A DNA stretch of 63,589 nt, filler included, from Octopus bimaculoides (taxonomy: Eukaryota): NCBI RefSeq assembly GCF_001194135.2. It is 6 parts of 6 records of this genome, joined end to end, with 100 filler letters (N's around TTAATTAATTAA, not from the genome) between each part and the next. Parts side by side here need not be neighbours in the genome. Positions count along the whole stretch, not along the records: positions 1 to 5,512 come from NC_068985.1; positions 5,613 to 12,007 come from NC_068981.1; positions 12,108 to 26,871 come from NC_069005.1; 3 more parts are not named here. One strand, given 5' to 3'. This document shows, piece after piece, positions 1 through 13,976 of this stretch (the first letter of the stretch is position 1; every line of letters begins with the position of its first letter). The translations under genes were made by a program, and so were the position numbers. Under the pieces are notes generated by a model that saw nothing but the letters and a program-made list of their open reading frames with translations, was not told the DNA's origin and did not search any database.

Positions 1-33
1 TATATATATATATATGCATATACATATACATAC

Positions 34-64
<31 letters not shown>

Positions 65-2030
65 CTGTATATGTCTTATTGTGCGTGTGTGTGTTTGCTA
101 AAGACAAAGAAATATAAAACTTACAATGAATTAATAGATAGGCAATGGTTATTCCATGTATTACCTTTAAACTTTCAGCTTAGTTTTCTTTTCTTTTTCT
201 ATTTTCTGTTTTTATTTTCTTTATAGCAATATTTTTGATGTACTTTTTTTAAATCAATAGGAAATTTATTTTAAACTATGTGTTAAATAGCGGAAGCTGT
301 ACTAATACGTTGAGAAATCAGAATTGTCAGCCGAACACTTTGGCAGCGAAGAAGAAAGAGAATCGCTGTTGAATGTCACACGTGTGAAAATATTTCAAAA
401 AGTCCACTAGCTTGGTCAATGTAAGGACTTACACATCAAGCAAAGAGAATAAGGAACGAAAATTTTCAATTGAGTTTTATTCACAAATAAAGCTTCCTTT
501 CGAGTCGATGAAATAAGTACCAGTTGAGCACTGGGGTCGACGTAATTAACTTGCCCTCTTCCCCGAAATTACTGGCCCTGTGCCAAAATTTGAAAACAAT
601 ATTTTATTCCCAAATCAAAATGCTTAGCGGTATTTCATCCATCTTTATGTTCTGAGTTCAATTTCTGCTAAGGTCGACTTTGCCTTTTATCCTTTCGGGG
701 TCAATAAGATAAGTACCAGCAAAGCACTAGGGTTGATCTATTTGGCTTATCCCTCCCCCGAAATTGCTGGCCTTGTGGCAAAACTTGAAAGCAATATTTT
801 TAATCACAAATCAAATGTTGGTTCTAGCTCAAATGTATTCAAATTTAGTTCCACCGAGGAAGATTGTACAAACATAAGGATCGTTAAAATGTTTTGCACA
901 GAAGAACATGTCAAGGGAACATTATTTAAGAGGGCGACAAAGGCAATTTTACAGCAAGTAAAGCACGTTTACTAAGTTCAGCCAGTGAGTAGCATTTGCC
1001 ACGGAAAAATAATTCTTGTTCTAAGCAATCAAGTTTTGGCGAATGAGATTCAGAAAAATCTCTTTTTAAATAATAAAACATGTCAACTCTTGGAACAAAG
1101 GCCAAGTTCAAAGTCAATGAATATCACGCAGAAAAATTCATGCCTGAAGTAATACAGCTTTCATTGGATTTTCTGACGCTTAAGAATATCTTAGAGTTGT
1201 AAATAAAAATGAGGTTCATTTCTTGCTAAAAAAATAGCAGTACGATATGTTTGCCAGTTTTTGTCTCAACAGAAAATTTTAATAGTATATATAAAATTGA
1301 AGTCATTTTTTTTTTCAGGAACAGTGGATCTCGAACACATANNNNNNNNNNNNNNNNNNNNNNNNNNNNNNNNNNNNNNNNNNNNNNNNNNNNNNNNNNN
1401 NNNNNNNNNNNNNNNNNNNNNNNNNNNNNNNNNNNNNNNNNNNNNNNNNNNNNNNNNNNNNNNNNNNNNNNNNNNNNNNNNNNNNNNNNNNNNNNNNNNN
1501 NNNNNNNNNNNNNNNNNNNNNNNNNNNNNNNNNNNNNNNNNNNNNNNNNNNNNNNNNNNNNNNNNNNNNNNNNNNNNNNNNNNNNNNNNNNNNNNNNNNN
1601 NNNNNNNNNNNNNNNNNNNNNNNNNNNNNNNNNNNNNNNNNNNNNNNNNNNNNNNNNNNNNNNNNNNNNNNNNNNNNNNNNNNNNNNNNNNNNNNNNNNN
1701 NNNNNNNNNNNNNNNNNNNNNNNNNNNNNNNNNNNNNNNNNNNNNNNNNNNNNNNNNNNNNNNNNNNNNNNNNNNNNNNNNNNNNNNNNNNNNNNNNNNN
1801 NNNNNNNNNNNNNNNNNNNNNNNNNNNNNNNNNNNNNNNNNNNNNNNNNNNNNNNNNNNNNNNNNNNNNNNNNNNNNNNNNNNNNNNNNNNNNNNNNNNN
1901 NNNNNNNNNNNNNNNNNNNNNNNNNNNNNNNNNNNNNNNNNNNNNNNNNNNNNNNNNNNNNNNNNNNNNNNNNTGTGTGAAAACTCTTCCTTATAGGCAA
2001 AAGAAATTTCATATTCTCAGTTGGTTCCCG

Positions 2031-3093
2031 CGGATCTGTTCAGTTTGGTTCACAGATTTTTTAATTAATTTTTTTTAAACTAAACAGTTTGAAACTTCGT
2101 TTACTGGTAGAATGTCTCACGCAGAACACAGTTTACTTTGAACATTTTTGACAAAATTTGATATTTTAGAAGTTATTTCGTGTTAAAGCTGACGCATTTA
2201 GGTAATTTCAACTAATCAACGACGTGTAAAGCTACTGCAGTTTGCGACAGTAATCGAAGAGGAACATCTCTACTAAATGTCACCACTCTGTTCTATTCGT
2301 GTATCAAGCGAAGACGATGCCACCTTTATCCTTCTTTTCTAGTCAGCACCGTGCATTCCTTTCTCTTTCCCTCCCTTCTACACTATCAACTAGCAACCGG
2401 CGAGCGAACTACAATTATAGTATTTCACGGTGTATAAACCGCTATTTGTTTTGTTTTACCTTCATGTTTTGATAATGTTATTTTTAATCTAATAAAGACT
2501 TTTATATTGACCAAATGTGTTTGTTGTTGATTATAGTAAGATAAAATCATGAGAATAACAATACATATCATAGTCGAAAATAAGCTATTTTGAAACTACG
2601 TCAACAATAAAAATGCTAGTTGGGGGTCTTGTAGTTCCATAGGTCTTTTAAACACCGGAGCGCTTTATGTGTGAGTAAAAGACCGATGTCGGGCAAACGA
2701 ACAAATATATGTAGATAATATTTCTTCTCTCTTGGTGTTGATTCTTCGATGTTTACTGGTTACTCCGACGCGAGGACCAAAAAAAAAAGCGTGTAATATG
2801 CAACACAGGCAATAAGCAAACATTTAGTAGAGATGACCCGGAAGTTGTTCCTCTTCGGTTACTGTCGCAAACTGCAGTAGCTTTCTTCAACTGAATACAA
2901 GTTGTTGATTGGTTGAAATTACCCAAATACGACAACTTTAACACGAAATAACGTCTAAAATATCAAATTTTGTCAAAAATGTTCAAAGTAAACCGTGTTC
3001 TGCGTGCGACGTTCCACCAGTGTACGAAGTTTCAAACTGTTTAGTTAAAAAAAAATTAATCAAAAAATCTGTGAGTCAAACTGAACAGATCCG
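2031..3093. mobile_element. Non-autonomous foldback/MITE with about 250-bp imperfect terminal inverted repeats
   Basis: 2031-2281 is the reverse complement of about 2821-3093; no ORF; second copy at 9496-10321. Confidence 0.8.
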
Positions 3094-3926
3094 TTCTTGT
3101 CAGCTATCGATTCTGCGATTTGCCTTCGCGAAGCCCTGTCAGCAACAGACATCAAAGCGGGGCAAAAAAGCTGTTTTATAACACTCGGTAAACTCTAATG
3201 AGCCGAAGCACGAATTTTGGCAACATAAAAAAAAGAAAAAAAAACACATGTGACTGTTTTCTAATTGACGTCATATCAAAAGAGATGTCTCCTCACGACA
3301 TTCGCGTGATGATAGCTGAAGGTTAGATTGGTCACATGACTCCTTAAGAGAGAAAGACATTATTTGACTACATACTTTTTCGAATTCTCTTCTTTTATGA
3401 GGAAAGTATCTGTGTTATTTTAAATACCTATTGATCCACTCAGTAAAGGTATATCGTCAACTAGCGAGATGATATATTATTAATTGCATTTATAATAATC
3501 CTTAACTTTTAACAATAGTCATGATACATTCCAGTTATATTAATATCGCTATGAATATAGATATACTTTATTCAGAAAACATACGTTTGAAAAATAAATG
3601 TATACAGGCGCAGGTGTGGCTGTGTGTCAAGAAGCTTGCTTCCCAACCACATGATTCTAGGTTCAGTCCCACTGCGTGGCAACTTGGGCAAGTGTCTTCT
3701 GATATAACCGCAAACCGACTAAAGTTTTGTGAGTGGATTTGGTCGACGGAAACCAAAAGACCGTCGTGTATATATATATATATATATAACGTGATCACGT
3801 GACCGACCCGGCTATCAGATGTTACACAATGCGCTTTTGCATTATTTCAGCCTTCAAATGTATATATACATACATATATATATATATATATGACGACTTT
3901 TTTTTTCAATATATATATATATATAC

Positions 3927-4907
3927 ACTAGCTGAATGACCCGGCGTGGCCCGGGTTACTGCTGTTCTTATTCAGATTAGTAAACAATAAATATAAAGAT
4001 ATATACTCATAATTATTTCAAAATATCTATATTTTATTAAGAAATATCCAAATTGTAATGATAATAGAATTTCGAACTGAAAATCTGTCAATGTTGAAGC
4101 ACCTCAGGGTAAACATAATTCCTCATAATACCTCATCTCTTAAATATAGAACTGTAGAATAAATACTGACTAACGCAATAAAAAGTTTCCACGGCGTTGA
4201 ATACTCACACTGATAAAACAGCATAGCAGGAATACGATAAGAACGCTAGAAGTGTTAAAAAAGTATTATCTTCAAACCGGTTATAAGGACTGGAATAACA
4301 TTCCTATAATTATATTGAAAAAGCCTCTAAGGTTTTCTACTTCGCCAATTTTCCGAATTTGTTATAACTAGAATAACATTTTTTTTCTTTTTCAGATATA
4401 TCTGCGAGTGTTGTGAATGCTGTCAAATCAGCCAAATCTTCATGTTGGTTCTAAATACCAGAATAATATAAGTAGTGATAATCGTTAATGCTGTTTAAAC
4501 CGCAACTCTCCAAGATGAAAAGAAAAATTCAACCAGTGATACTTCAAAGTGAACGCTGTTGTTCGTTTAACGTCCAGATCGCAAATAAGCAAAACTTTTT
4601 CGAAATCGGCGCGTTTCACTATTAGTGGTACAGTCATATAAATATACTAAGACAGATACACACACAGACATACATTCACGCACACCTCAGGCCTATCTCT
4701 GTCCCTCTGTGTGTCTATCTATGTCTTTAGATGTGTGTGTGTGTGTGTGTGTGTATGTCAGTCATCACAAAAATATATGTATACTGACGGACATATACAC
4801 TGAAACACGCATATACTTCAAAGTCATCGGCATAACGTACGTAACGAATGCACAAACACGCACACGCACTGACAGACACATACACACATACGCATTCATA
4901 TAAAAAA
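3927..4907 (+). mobile_element. Possible non-autonomous Helitron-like element
   Basis: Starts ACTAG..ACCCGGCGTGGCCCGGG in a TA tract, ends after ACAG/CA microsatellite; boundaries approximate. Confidence 0.4.
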
Positions 4908-5612
4908 TGTGACTCCGTGATCGTTGAGGTGATGGTAGAAAATGTCGCTTACAATAGGCGGCTAAAAGAAAGATTATAATGTTAAATTTCTGCAATGCAA
5001 ATATGTAAATGAAAGTAAATTTATTTGGTAGCCGAAAGATTACTAAATCTTTTGATACCTCATACGTCAAAATCAGCAACTCAGTTTTCGAATCCATAAG
5101 GAACACATGCACGCGCGCGCATATACACATACACATATTTACGTGTCTGTGTCTTTGTGTCTGTGTTTGTCCCCTACACACGCGCGCGCGCGCGCGGCCG
5201 TCGCTTGACAACCGATGTTGGTGTGTTTACGTACCCGTAACTTAGCGGTTTGGCATAACAGTTCGATAGAATGAGTACTAGGCTTACAAAGGATAAGTCC
5301 TGGAATCGATTTCTTCGACTAAAGTTTTGTAAGGCGGTGTTCCAGCATTCCCGCAGTCAAAATGACTGAAACAAGTAAAAGAATAAATAAATACGTGTGG
5401 TTGTTTTGTATGTATACACAGTTGTTCATGTACGTGGCGCCGAGCTGACAAAATCGTTAGCACACAGGGCAAAATGCTTAGCGGTATTTCGTCCATCTTT
5501 ATCTTCTGAGTTNNNNNNNNNNNNNNNNNNNNNNNNNNNNNNNNNNNNNNNNNNNNTTAATTAATTAANNNNNNNNNNNNNNNNNNNNNNNNNNNNNNNN
5601 NNNNNNNNNNNN

Positions 5613-5655
<43 letters not shown>

Positions 5656-6870
5656 GATAAAACAGTCCTACCTAGATAAACTTGAAAAGACGTAATAGAA
5701 TGATAATTGAGAATGGATTAGTACGAGATGGAATCGGGATGGAATCGGGATAGAATTGGGATGGTATCAGGTGGAATGCTGTTTATCAAAGAGGGCCTGT
5801 TTGATTGGAGTGACTGACTTGAAGCTGTAAACAACAGCAGCAGCACCAGTAACAACAACAACAACAGCGACGATAACATTGAATGTCCTAGACAAATATA
5901 CACGTTCTGAAAAAACTAGTTCCATTTAGAATTGAGATAAAACTGTGCCAGCAGCTGGTACCATCTCCAGCAGCAGGAGACCATATCATCAGAATTACTG
6001 GCCAAACGCCAAATATCACAAAGTGCGCCGGCGCGGTATGTGTATGTAACGGCAACACCACCATCACCACCAACAACAATAATAATAATAATTCTTTCTT
6101 ATTTCTTTATTGCCCATAAGGGGCTACATACAGAGGGGACAAACAAGGACAGACAAACGGATTAAGTCGATTACTTCGACCCCAGTGCGTAACTGGTACT
6201 TATTTAATCGACCCCGAAAGGACTGGAACGAACACGACACAATGAAGTAGAGAAATTTGAAAAGACAACACGAAACCGGTTATTTCTCAAAATACAATGT
6301 TTATATACCAAAAAGATTTTCTAACATTTTTCTAACATTTTTCTAACGTTTTTCTGACATAATTTAAATATATACTTTAACCATGTAACACAAGCCTTCT
6401 GTAGTTTTTTCACTCTTATTATCTTATATATNNNNNNNNNNNNNNNNNNNNNNNNNNNNNNNNNNNNNNNNNNNNNNNNNNNNNNNNNNNNNNNNNNATA
6501 TATATATATATATATATATATATATACGTATATATATGTGTGTGTATGTGTGTTTGTGTGTGTGTATATGTATGTATGTATGTATGTATGTATATATTTA
6601 TTGATGTATGTATGCATGCATATATGTATGTAGATATGTATTTTTGTGTGCGCGCATACATATACATATATACATAAATCATACATACACATATATATAC
6701 ACACACATACATACTTACATATAGATATATGTACATATATATATACACATGTATATGCATATATGTATATATCTGCTATTGTAATACAGCATTTACACAA
6801 AAACTTTAAAGTGCCTTAAGTAGATTAGAAGAGAGACGCTAAGAGAAATTTAAATCGACTCCGTAGGAAA

Positions 6871-6971
<101 letters not shown>

Positions 6972-7568
6972 GCCACAAGAATCTGCACTTCTCTTTTACC
7001 GCTGAAAAGTAAAAAGTACGTATGTATGTATGTATGTATGTATGTATGTATGTATGCCCATGACTAACTCAATAGCACCACCTGGAAAAGTCTTTTAATT
7101 AATTATTCCGCGACACCATGGACCACTTAAGCAGGTGTACGTGGCTTATCCAGTATTTCCTGGAGAGATTTGTCCAGGTACCAGTTTTTTGAAAATTACT
7201 TAATATAGTTTTTTAAGTATAAAGAGGGTTTTTCAAAAAATTATTTTAAAAAAAATTTATATCTTTTATCAGGATGTTACTAAGCTTTCTGGAAGAAGTT
7301 TTTCTCCTCGTGTGTGTGAGCGCTTTCGATTATTCGTAATGCGTTCGGTGAAAGAACAAATTCGCCCCAAAAGCCGTTCCTATTCTTTATGAGTGAATTA
7401 TTTATAGATTTGCGCATGTATTTAGGTGATTTATTATTGTCTAAGTGTTGATATATTGAATCAAGAAGACAATCGAAATTTCTTTATTTCATCTATATTT
7501 TAATTTATAACTAGTTTATACATTTGAAGAGTGCAGTTCAATTTTACAGTTATATTTTCAAAGCTATA

Positions 7569-8208
7569 ATGAAAGTGACAAAGGAGCGTATTCGGCATAT
7601 TTTGATTTATGAGTTCAATAAAGGTAACAACAGAACGGAAAGTGCGAGGAATATCAATGCAGTATATAGGGATCGGACGATAAGCGTAAGCCAGTGTCAA
7701 CTGTGGTTCCAGAAATTCCGAGCCGGAAACTACAGCCTAGAAGACGAGCCTCGTCCTGGAAGATCTGTAGAGCTCAACGAGGACGTCCTGGAAACCCTGG
7801 TGGAACAAAATCCTATCGTAACTGTTGAGGAATTAACAGAGAAGGTTGGATTTGGTCATTCAACCAGTCATTCAAGTCAGCGATAAAAGAAAAACGACCA
7901 TCTTTGGTTTCAAGACGAAAGGAGCTCTTCCATCAGGATAATGCTCGGCCACATACAGCAAGGATGGCATTCCAAAGGCTGGAGTAGTTTGAATGAGAAA
8001 CAACATTACCTCATCTGTTTATCATTTATTCCACAGTCTTCAAAATCATTTGGACGGAAAAGATATGAATTCTGTGGACGAGGTCAGAACAGTACTGGAG
8101 GAGTATTTTTCGTCACGGACAAGTGAATTTTAGAAGAGGGGCCTTGCAAATCTACCAGATAGATCGAAGAGCATTGTAAGGAATGAAAATGTGCATATTT
8201 TAGATTAA
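7569..8208 (+). mobile_element. Internally deleted mariner transposase relic
   Basis: N-terminal HTH (RHILIYEFNKG...WFQKFRAGNYSLEDEPRPGR), HQDNARPH motif, and C-terminal LDGK...GLANLPDR...ILD*; central region deleted, in-frame stops. Confidence 0.88.
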
Positions 8209-9129
8209 ACAATACATTCGGGTGGTTAATGAGTACGTTTTGCTGAAGTTAATTCGGAATGTAATTAAAATATCTGGTGGATCCAACTTCAATAATCTTT
8301 TCTACTCTAGGCACAAGGCNNNNNNNNNNNNNNNNNNNNNNNNNNNNNNNNNNNNNNNNNNNNNNNNNNNNNNNNNNNNNNNNNNNNNNNNNNNNNNNNN
8401 NNNNNNNNNNNNNNNNNNNNNNNNNNNNNNNNNNNNNNNNNNNNNNNNNNNNNNNNNNNNNNNNNNNNNNNNNNNNNNNNNNNNNNNNNNNNNNNNNNNN
8501 NNNNNNNNNNNNNNNNNNNNNNNNNNNNNNNNNNNNNNNNNNNNNNNNNNNNNNNNNNNNNNNNNNNNNNNNNNNNNNNNNNNNNNNNNNNNNNNNNNNN
8601 NNNNNNNNNNNNNNNNNNNNNNNNNNNNNNNNNNNNNNNNNNNNNNNNNNNNNNNNNNNNNNNNNNNNNNNNNNNNNNNNNNNNNNNNNNNNNNNNNNNN
8701 NNNNNNNNNNNNNNNNNNNNNNNNNNNNNNNNNNNNNNNNNNNNNNNNNNNNNNNNNNNNNNNNNNNNNNNNNNNNNNNNNNNNNNNNNNNNNNNNNNNN
8801 NNNNNNNNNNNNNNNNNNNNNNNNNNNNNNNNNNNNNNNNNNNNNNNNNNNNNNNNNNNNNNNNNNNNNNNNNNNNNNNNNNNNNNNNNNNNNNNNNNNN
8901 TCGAATAAATCGACCCCAGTATTTATTTTCTATTTTGTCGAACCGTTAAGTTACGGGGACGTAAACACACCTACACCGGTAGTCAAGCGGTGGTGGGGGA
9001 TAAACACAGACACAAACTCACGCAAACACGCGCGCACACACATACACACACACACACACACACGATGGGCTTCTTTCTACCGAAATATTAAAATTCTTTG
9101 CGTCTCACATTTAGCTTTGGGCTTATATA

Positions 9130-9138
9130 TTCGTATCA

Positions 9139-9169
<31 letters not shown>

Positions 9170-9492
9170 TGTTATTGTTGTTGTTGTAGCTGTTATTATT
9201 ATCATCATTCCTTCATAACACAGTGTAGGTAAAAATGCACCGGGGTCTTTAGTCATCTGTCAAGTCACAGCAAGGACCTCAGACAGACAATACTTTCCTT
9301 AAGATGTGCGCTGTGTCCAATAAGGCTGCTTTTTGCAAGACATCAATCTTGCATGGGAATTCCAGTTGCCTTAAGAAGTTTCGAAGTTTCAATGGCATTG
9401 AGCCCAACGCTCCGATCACCCCTGGTATCACTTTTACATTACCCTCTCGCATTCCATACAGTCTTGCCATTTCCACTTTCAATTCGGAGTAC
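9130..9492 (-). mobile_element. 5'-truncated R4/Dong-like (RLE) non-LTR retrotransposon 3' end
   Basis: KVIPGVIGALGS...LQKAALLDTAHILRKVL is the C-terminal signature of RLE-type elements; followed by (TAA)n-like tail. Confidence 0.75.
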
Positions 9493-9495
9493 TTG

Positions 9496-10321
9496 GTTAA
9501 AGTTGTATTTGGGTAATTTTAACCAATCAACGACGTGTAGTCAGTTGAAGAAAGCTACTGCTGTTTACGATAGTAATGGAAGAGGAACAACTTCCGGGTA
9601 ATCTCTACTAAATGTCACCATTCTGTTCTATTTTATGCTTGTTTACTGTCCGTGTTACATATTACACACTTTGTTCTTTTAGTGGGGGGGGGGTTTGGTT
9701 CTCGCGTCGGAGTAAACAGTAAACATCGAAGAATCAACACCAAGAAGGAAGAAATATTATTTACATATATTTATTCGTTTGCCTAACATATAGTTAGAGA
9801 TACAGCAGTGATTGTAGTGGCAGTGACAAGTTCGCTGGCTGGCTGGTAGTTGATAGTGTAGAAGTGGCTGTCTGCCAGTAGAGGGGGAAAGAGTAAGGAA
9901 TGCATGGTGCTGACTAGAAAGGAAGAAAGGATAAAAGGTGGCATCGTCTTTCTTGCGGTCGATAGCTTCTCTTTTGTGTCAGCTATGACCAAGGAGCAAC
10001 ACCTTCTCTTCGCCCTTCGCTTGACATACGAATAGAACAGAGTGGTGACATTTAATAGAGATGACCCGGAAATTGTTCCTCTTCGATTACTATCGCAAAC
10101 AGCAGTAGCTTTCTTCAACTGACTACACGTCGTTGATTGGTTAAAATTACCCAAATACGACAACTTTAACACGAAATAACTTCTAAAATACCAAATTTTG
10201 TCAAAAATGTTGAAAGTGAACCGTGTTCAGCATGAGAAATTATACCAACATACGAAGTTTCAAACTGTTTAGCTAAAAAAGAAATAGTTAAAAACTTTGT
10301 GAGCGAAACTAAACAGATCCA
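9496..10321. mobile_element. Second, left-truncated and inverted copy of the foldback element
   Basis: 9700-9783 is the reverse complement of 2692-2772; right arm 10042-10321 matches the TIR. Confidence 0.78.
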
Positions 10322-10734
10322 CAATGGACTACTCTTTAGATATGTTTATCCCCTAAGCGGCGGAGATCGCCAATTGATGTTTCCTCAGAGAGCAGAGGAC
10401 GTCATCGATTGATGTTTCAGAAGATTTATATCGATGCGACTATCATCGTAAGAAAGCAAATATTTTATGGCACGGTTTATACTCGAGGATTTACGGTATA
10501 TATATTTTGAAGAATTGGAAAATACCGCCTATGCCTGACTGACTTCATATCTTTCCACAGTCTTATCATTTAAGGTCTAAGGAGGATGGCTCTTTTACTT
10601 TTTATTTCTTACATTTTAGTTTGTTTTTCGTTTTCCGTTGTTTACTGTCTGCATTTTCTATATGCTGTCTTCTCAGTTTTTTTTCGCGTTTCGTCTATTA
10701 CTCAATTTCTTTAGTTCGTTATGATATGTGGTTT

Positions 10735-10787
10735 GTGCCTGAAGAATATGTTCGAGTGTTCTCAACATATGAAACTATTAGTTGCGC
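10735..10787 (+). ncRNA. Minimal type I hammerhead ribozyme motif (Penelope-like element type)
   Basis: GUGC-CUGAAGA-[AUAUGUU..AACAUAU stem II]-GAAAC-UAUUA-GUU-GCGC: all core nucleotides and three stems present. Confidence 0.75.
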
Positions 10788-11974
10788 TTTAATACATGTA
10801 TTGTGACCTTTAAATAAATAATATTTATCTTTCACCAGATGGAGTACTTTTTGGGGTGAATTTTATATAAATAATTATATGCATGCATTTTCACTTACAA
10901 TGTGTTTTCCAACCCGTGAAATACACGCTACAGTACTAATACGATCACAACTAGGCTCTTGTTTATTTGGTTAAATAGCCGTAAATCAGGTTTGTTGAGA
11001 AGAACAGAAGCCAAGTCTGGAAAGTTTGCAACCCGATTTCAATTGAACTATGGCAGATTGACCTCGGCGGCGGCAGAACGAAGAATACGTCTGTTGTTTC
11101 ACCGGAATTTTCCAGTCTTTGATGATGTTAGCTACGGTCCCGGAAGTTCAAATGACTGGGAATTCATGGTATTATAGTTGCGGGGTGGTGGTGGTGGGGG
11201 GGGGAGGTAATGGTAGCAGTTGTAGTGGTAATAGTTGTTGCTGTTCTTGTTATTAGTGGTGGTTGGCGGTGGTTTTCGGTGGCGACCTGGTGGTGCCGGT
11301 GGTGGTTGTCAAGTGGAGTAATTAAATAATTACTCCATGTTACTTGTTTCCTACATTTAAATAAAAATCGAAAGCGAGAGAAACTGACGAAGGGCTTGTG
11401 AAGTATCAATAACGACAAATATTCCACTGCTCTTCAGTATTGAGTACTCTTAGGCCAAGTTGAATAGTACCTTGAAATAGTACCTTGGAAAGACGCACAC
11501 TGTGATTTGCGTATCTGTGTGTGCGTATCTGTGTGTATGTGCGTGCATGTGTGCGTGTGTATGTGTTTGTGCGCGTGTGTGTGCATGCGTGCGAGCTTGT
11601 GTGTGTGTGTATGTGTGTGCGTGCTAATCTGTGTGTGCGTGCGAGCATGTGTGCGTGTATATGTGTGCATGTGTATGTGCGTTTGCGTGCGTGCATATGT
11701 GCGTGTTATGTGAGTTTGCGTATCTATGTGTGCGTATGTGTGTGTGTGTGCGTGTGTGTGTGTGTGTGTGTGTGCGTGTGTCTGTCTGTCTGTGTGTATG
11801 AGTACGCTTATATTTACAGACAAGCGGGGAAGATCTTAGTACAGTTGAACTGAATTTCCTCTTAGTCACTACTCAATGCATCGCATATATATATGCAACC
11901 TGCACACCGATAGACAAGCAGACAGTCAGTCAATCAGTAAGTCATGCTTGACCGCTAAATACACAAGTGTTTCT

Positions 11975-12007
<33 letters not shown>

Positions 12008-12679
12008 NNNNNNNNNNNNNNNNNNNNNNNNNNNNNNNNNNNNNNNNNNNNTTAATTAATTAANNNNNNNNNNNNNNNNNNNNNNNNNNNNNNNNNNNNN
12101 NNNNNNNTATATATATATATATATATATATATCACATGATCACATGATAGACCAGGTCACAATGCTCTTTTTATCATTTTAACTTTCGCATAATGCCAAC
12201 CCGCTAGGGGAGCTGGTCAGCATTCCCCACCCCACCCATCAGAAATCCAGTCCATCAAATAGTTGCCTGCTTACACTTGAGTGATGAAGAATTCCGTGAA
12301 AAACAAGGTAAGTTTAATCAATAAAACACCTTACAATTGATTCTGTAGCGAACCACTTCATCAATGAAGATAACGCCAAGTATATGTGTACGGGAAGATA
12401 AATACAATATAACTAGACAACAGTCGGTAACACCTATGCTGTGGTAACTGAACTAAACCAAAAGCGTCTTGTTATTTTGGTCGCACACAGAAAAAATAAC
12501 GGAGATTACCTAGATATGTTCCATGGCTGTTTGGCCGCTTTTCAGGGAATTAATATTCCCTAATCCTTCCGTCAACGAAGGGTGTATGCGTATATATTAT
12601 ATGTGTATATATACGAATATATATATATTAACCAAATATAAATGTATATATACATATATGAAATTTTTTTAAGCTGTTA

Positions 12680-12742
<63 letters not shown>

Positions 12743-13808
12743 ACATACATACATACATACGTACGTACGTACGTACGTACGTACATACATACATACATAC
12801 ATACATACATGCATATATACGTGCATATATGCATGCATGCATACATACATGCATACACTCTGAATTGAGTTATCTTCTTTTCAAAATAATCTTTTTAGCT
12901 GATATCTTTATAGTTATCACCCATATCATTTTTAACGTCTGTTCATCATCGAAGGGAGTTTTCTTCTTGTTATTGTCAAAATAACTTCTGTTACACAAAA
13001 GTATTTTATATGGGTAGTGAAAATAAAATGTGGCGTTTGGGGATGCGGGGGTACTTCTATAGAATATGACAAAAGATTTTTTAGTCTCTAAGTATTAACC
13101 GTTCACACATGCGGTGATAATGTTTTTCCATTGGCTCAAGATACTTGCCAAACTGACGCTGTTCAACAAAGATCTCTGATCTGACGTTTGCAAATTTATT
13201 AAAGATTTTGAGTTGGAACCATTTCCTAGTTTAGCCTAGCTCTCAGTTTTTGTCACATTTCTATATTGTTTCGCATCTCTGTAGTCTATTCCATTTGAGA
13301 CTGAAATTACTGGGTTTTTTTTTGTTTTTTGTTATTGTGTTGTGCCTTTTTTTTTTCATTCAGTTAACAATTGAATAATTTTTAAAATTTAATTTTTGCC
13401 TCTTTCTGAAAGAAGACTGGTTGAAATATTGTTGTTTAAACTTACATTCTTACATTTGTAACATAGAGTTTACGTACAATATAAACGTTTGTTTTCACTG
13501 ACGTGACTTGTGTTTCATATATAATTGCTTCGTTGCATGTTTAGTTCAAGGGACATGCGTATATATTTCTACAATAGTTAATTCTGTGCGTTTATGTGAT
13601 CAAATTCTTCATATTAGACAGGTAAAGCGCACTGACACATACTCATACACACACACACACTCATATATGCACTCGTACACACACATTCACACACACACAC
13701 ATACATTCATACAAACAAACACACACACACTGGTACAGACAAATACAATAGAGATATATGATGATTGAACATCAGTATTTTTAAAGAAATTTATTGTTTT
13801 ATTTCCAG

Positions 13809-13976
13809 ACTGTAAGGGAATGGTTGACGTAAACTTCGTGTTTGATTCTTCTGTCATGGGTTACGAAGAGACACACACTGTTACTACCTTCATCAAGAGT
13901 TCAATCACAGACGAGTATCTTACTAAGAAAAAATTTATGTTTAGTATGATTACTGGAAAATGCCACGCATTAAAAA
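13809..13976 (+). CDS. vWA paralog A, 168-nt exon, N-terminal half of divergent vWA2
   Basis: atttccag|AC TGT ... AAA A|gtaagt; phase 1-1; CKGMVDVNFVFDSSVMGYEETHTVTTFIKSSITDEYLTKKKFMFSMITGKCHALK. Confidence 0.87.

Noticed and set aside
1251-2078. Long ORFs made of X (also about 8.2-9.2, 14.2-15.1, 18.2-19.0, 20.8-22.0, 24.8-25.5, 28.9-29.8, 33.9-34.9, 59.4-59.8 kb)
   Set aside because: Artefacts of translating through N gaps.
5557-5568. TTAATTAATTAA centred in N runs (also 12052, 26916, 58550, 61964)
   Set aside because: Identical 12-mer with stops in all six frames between N spacers: an assembly linker, not biology. Contiguity across these joins is uncertain.
5890-6030. GC-richer stretch ending at a good donor (GCG|gtatgt)
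   Set aside because: No convincing acceptor or homology; all three frames are locally open, so no coding frame can be chosen.
10959-11177. 72-aa ORF in CpG-rich sequence
   Set aside because: No recognisable domain or splice context.
11406-11869. His/Thr, Cys/Val, Tyr/Ile and poly-Leu/Ile/Asn ORFs here and elsewhere
   Set aside because: Translations of (CA)n, (TA)n, (CATA)n and (TAA)n microsatellites.
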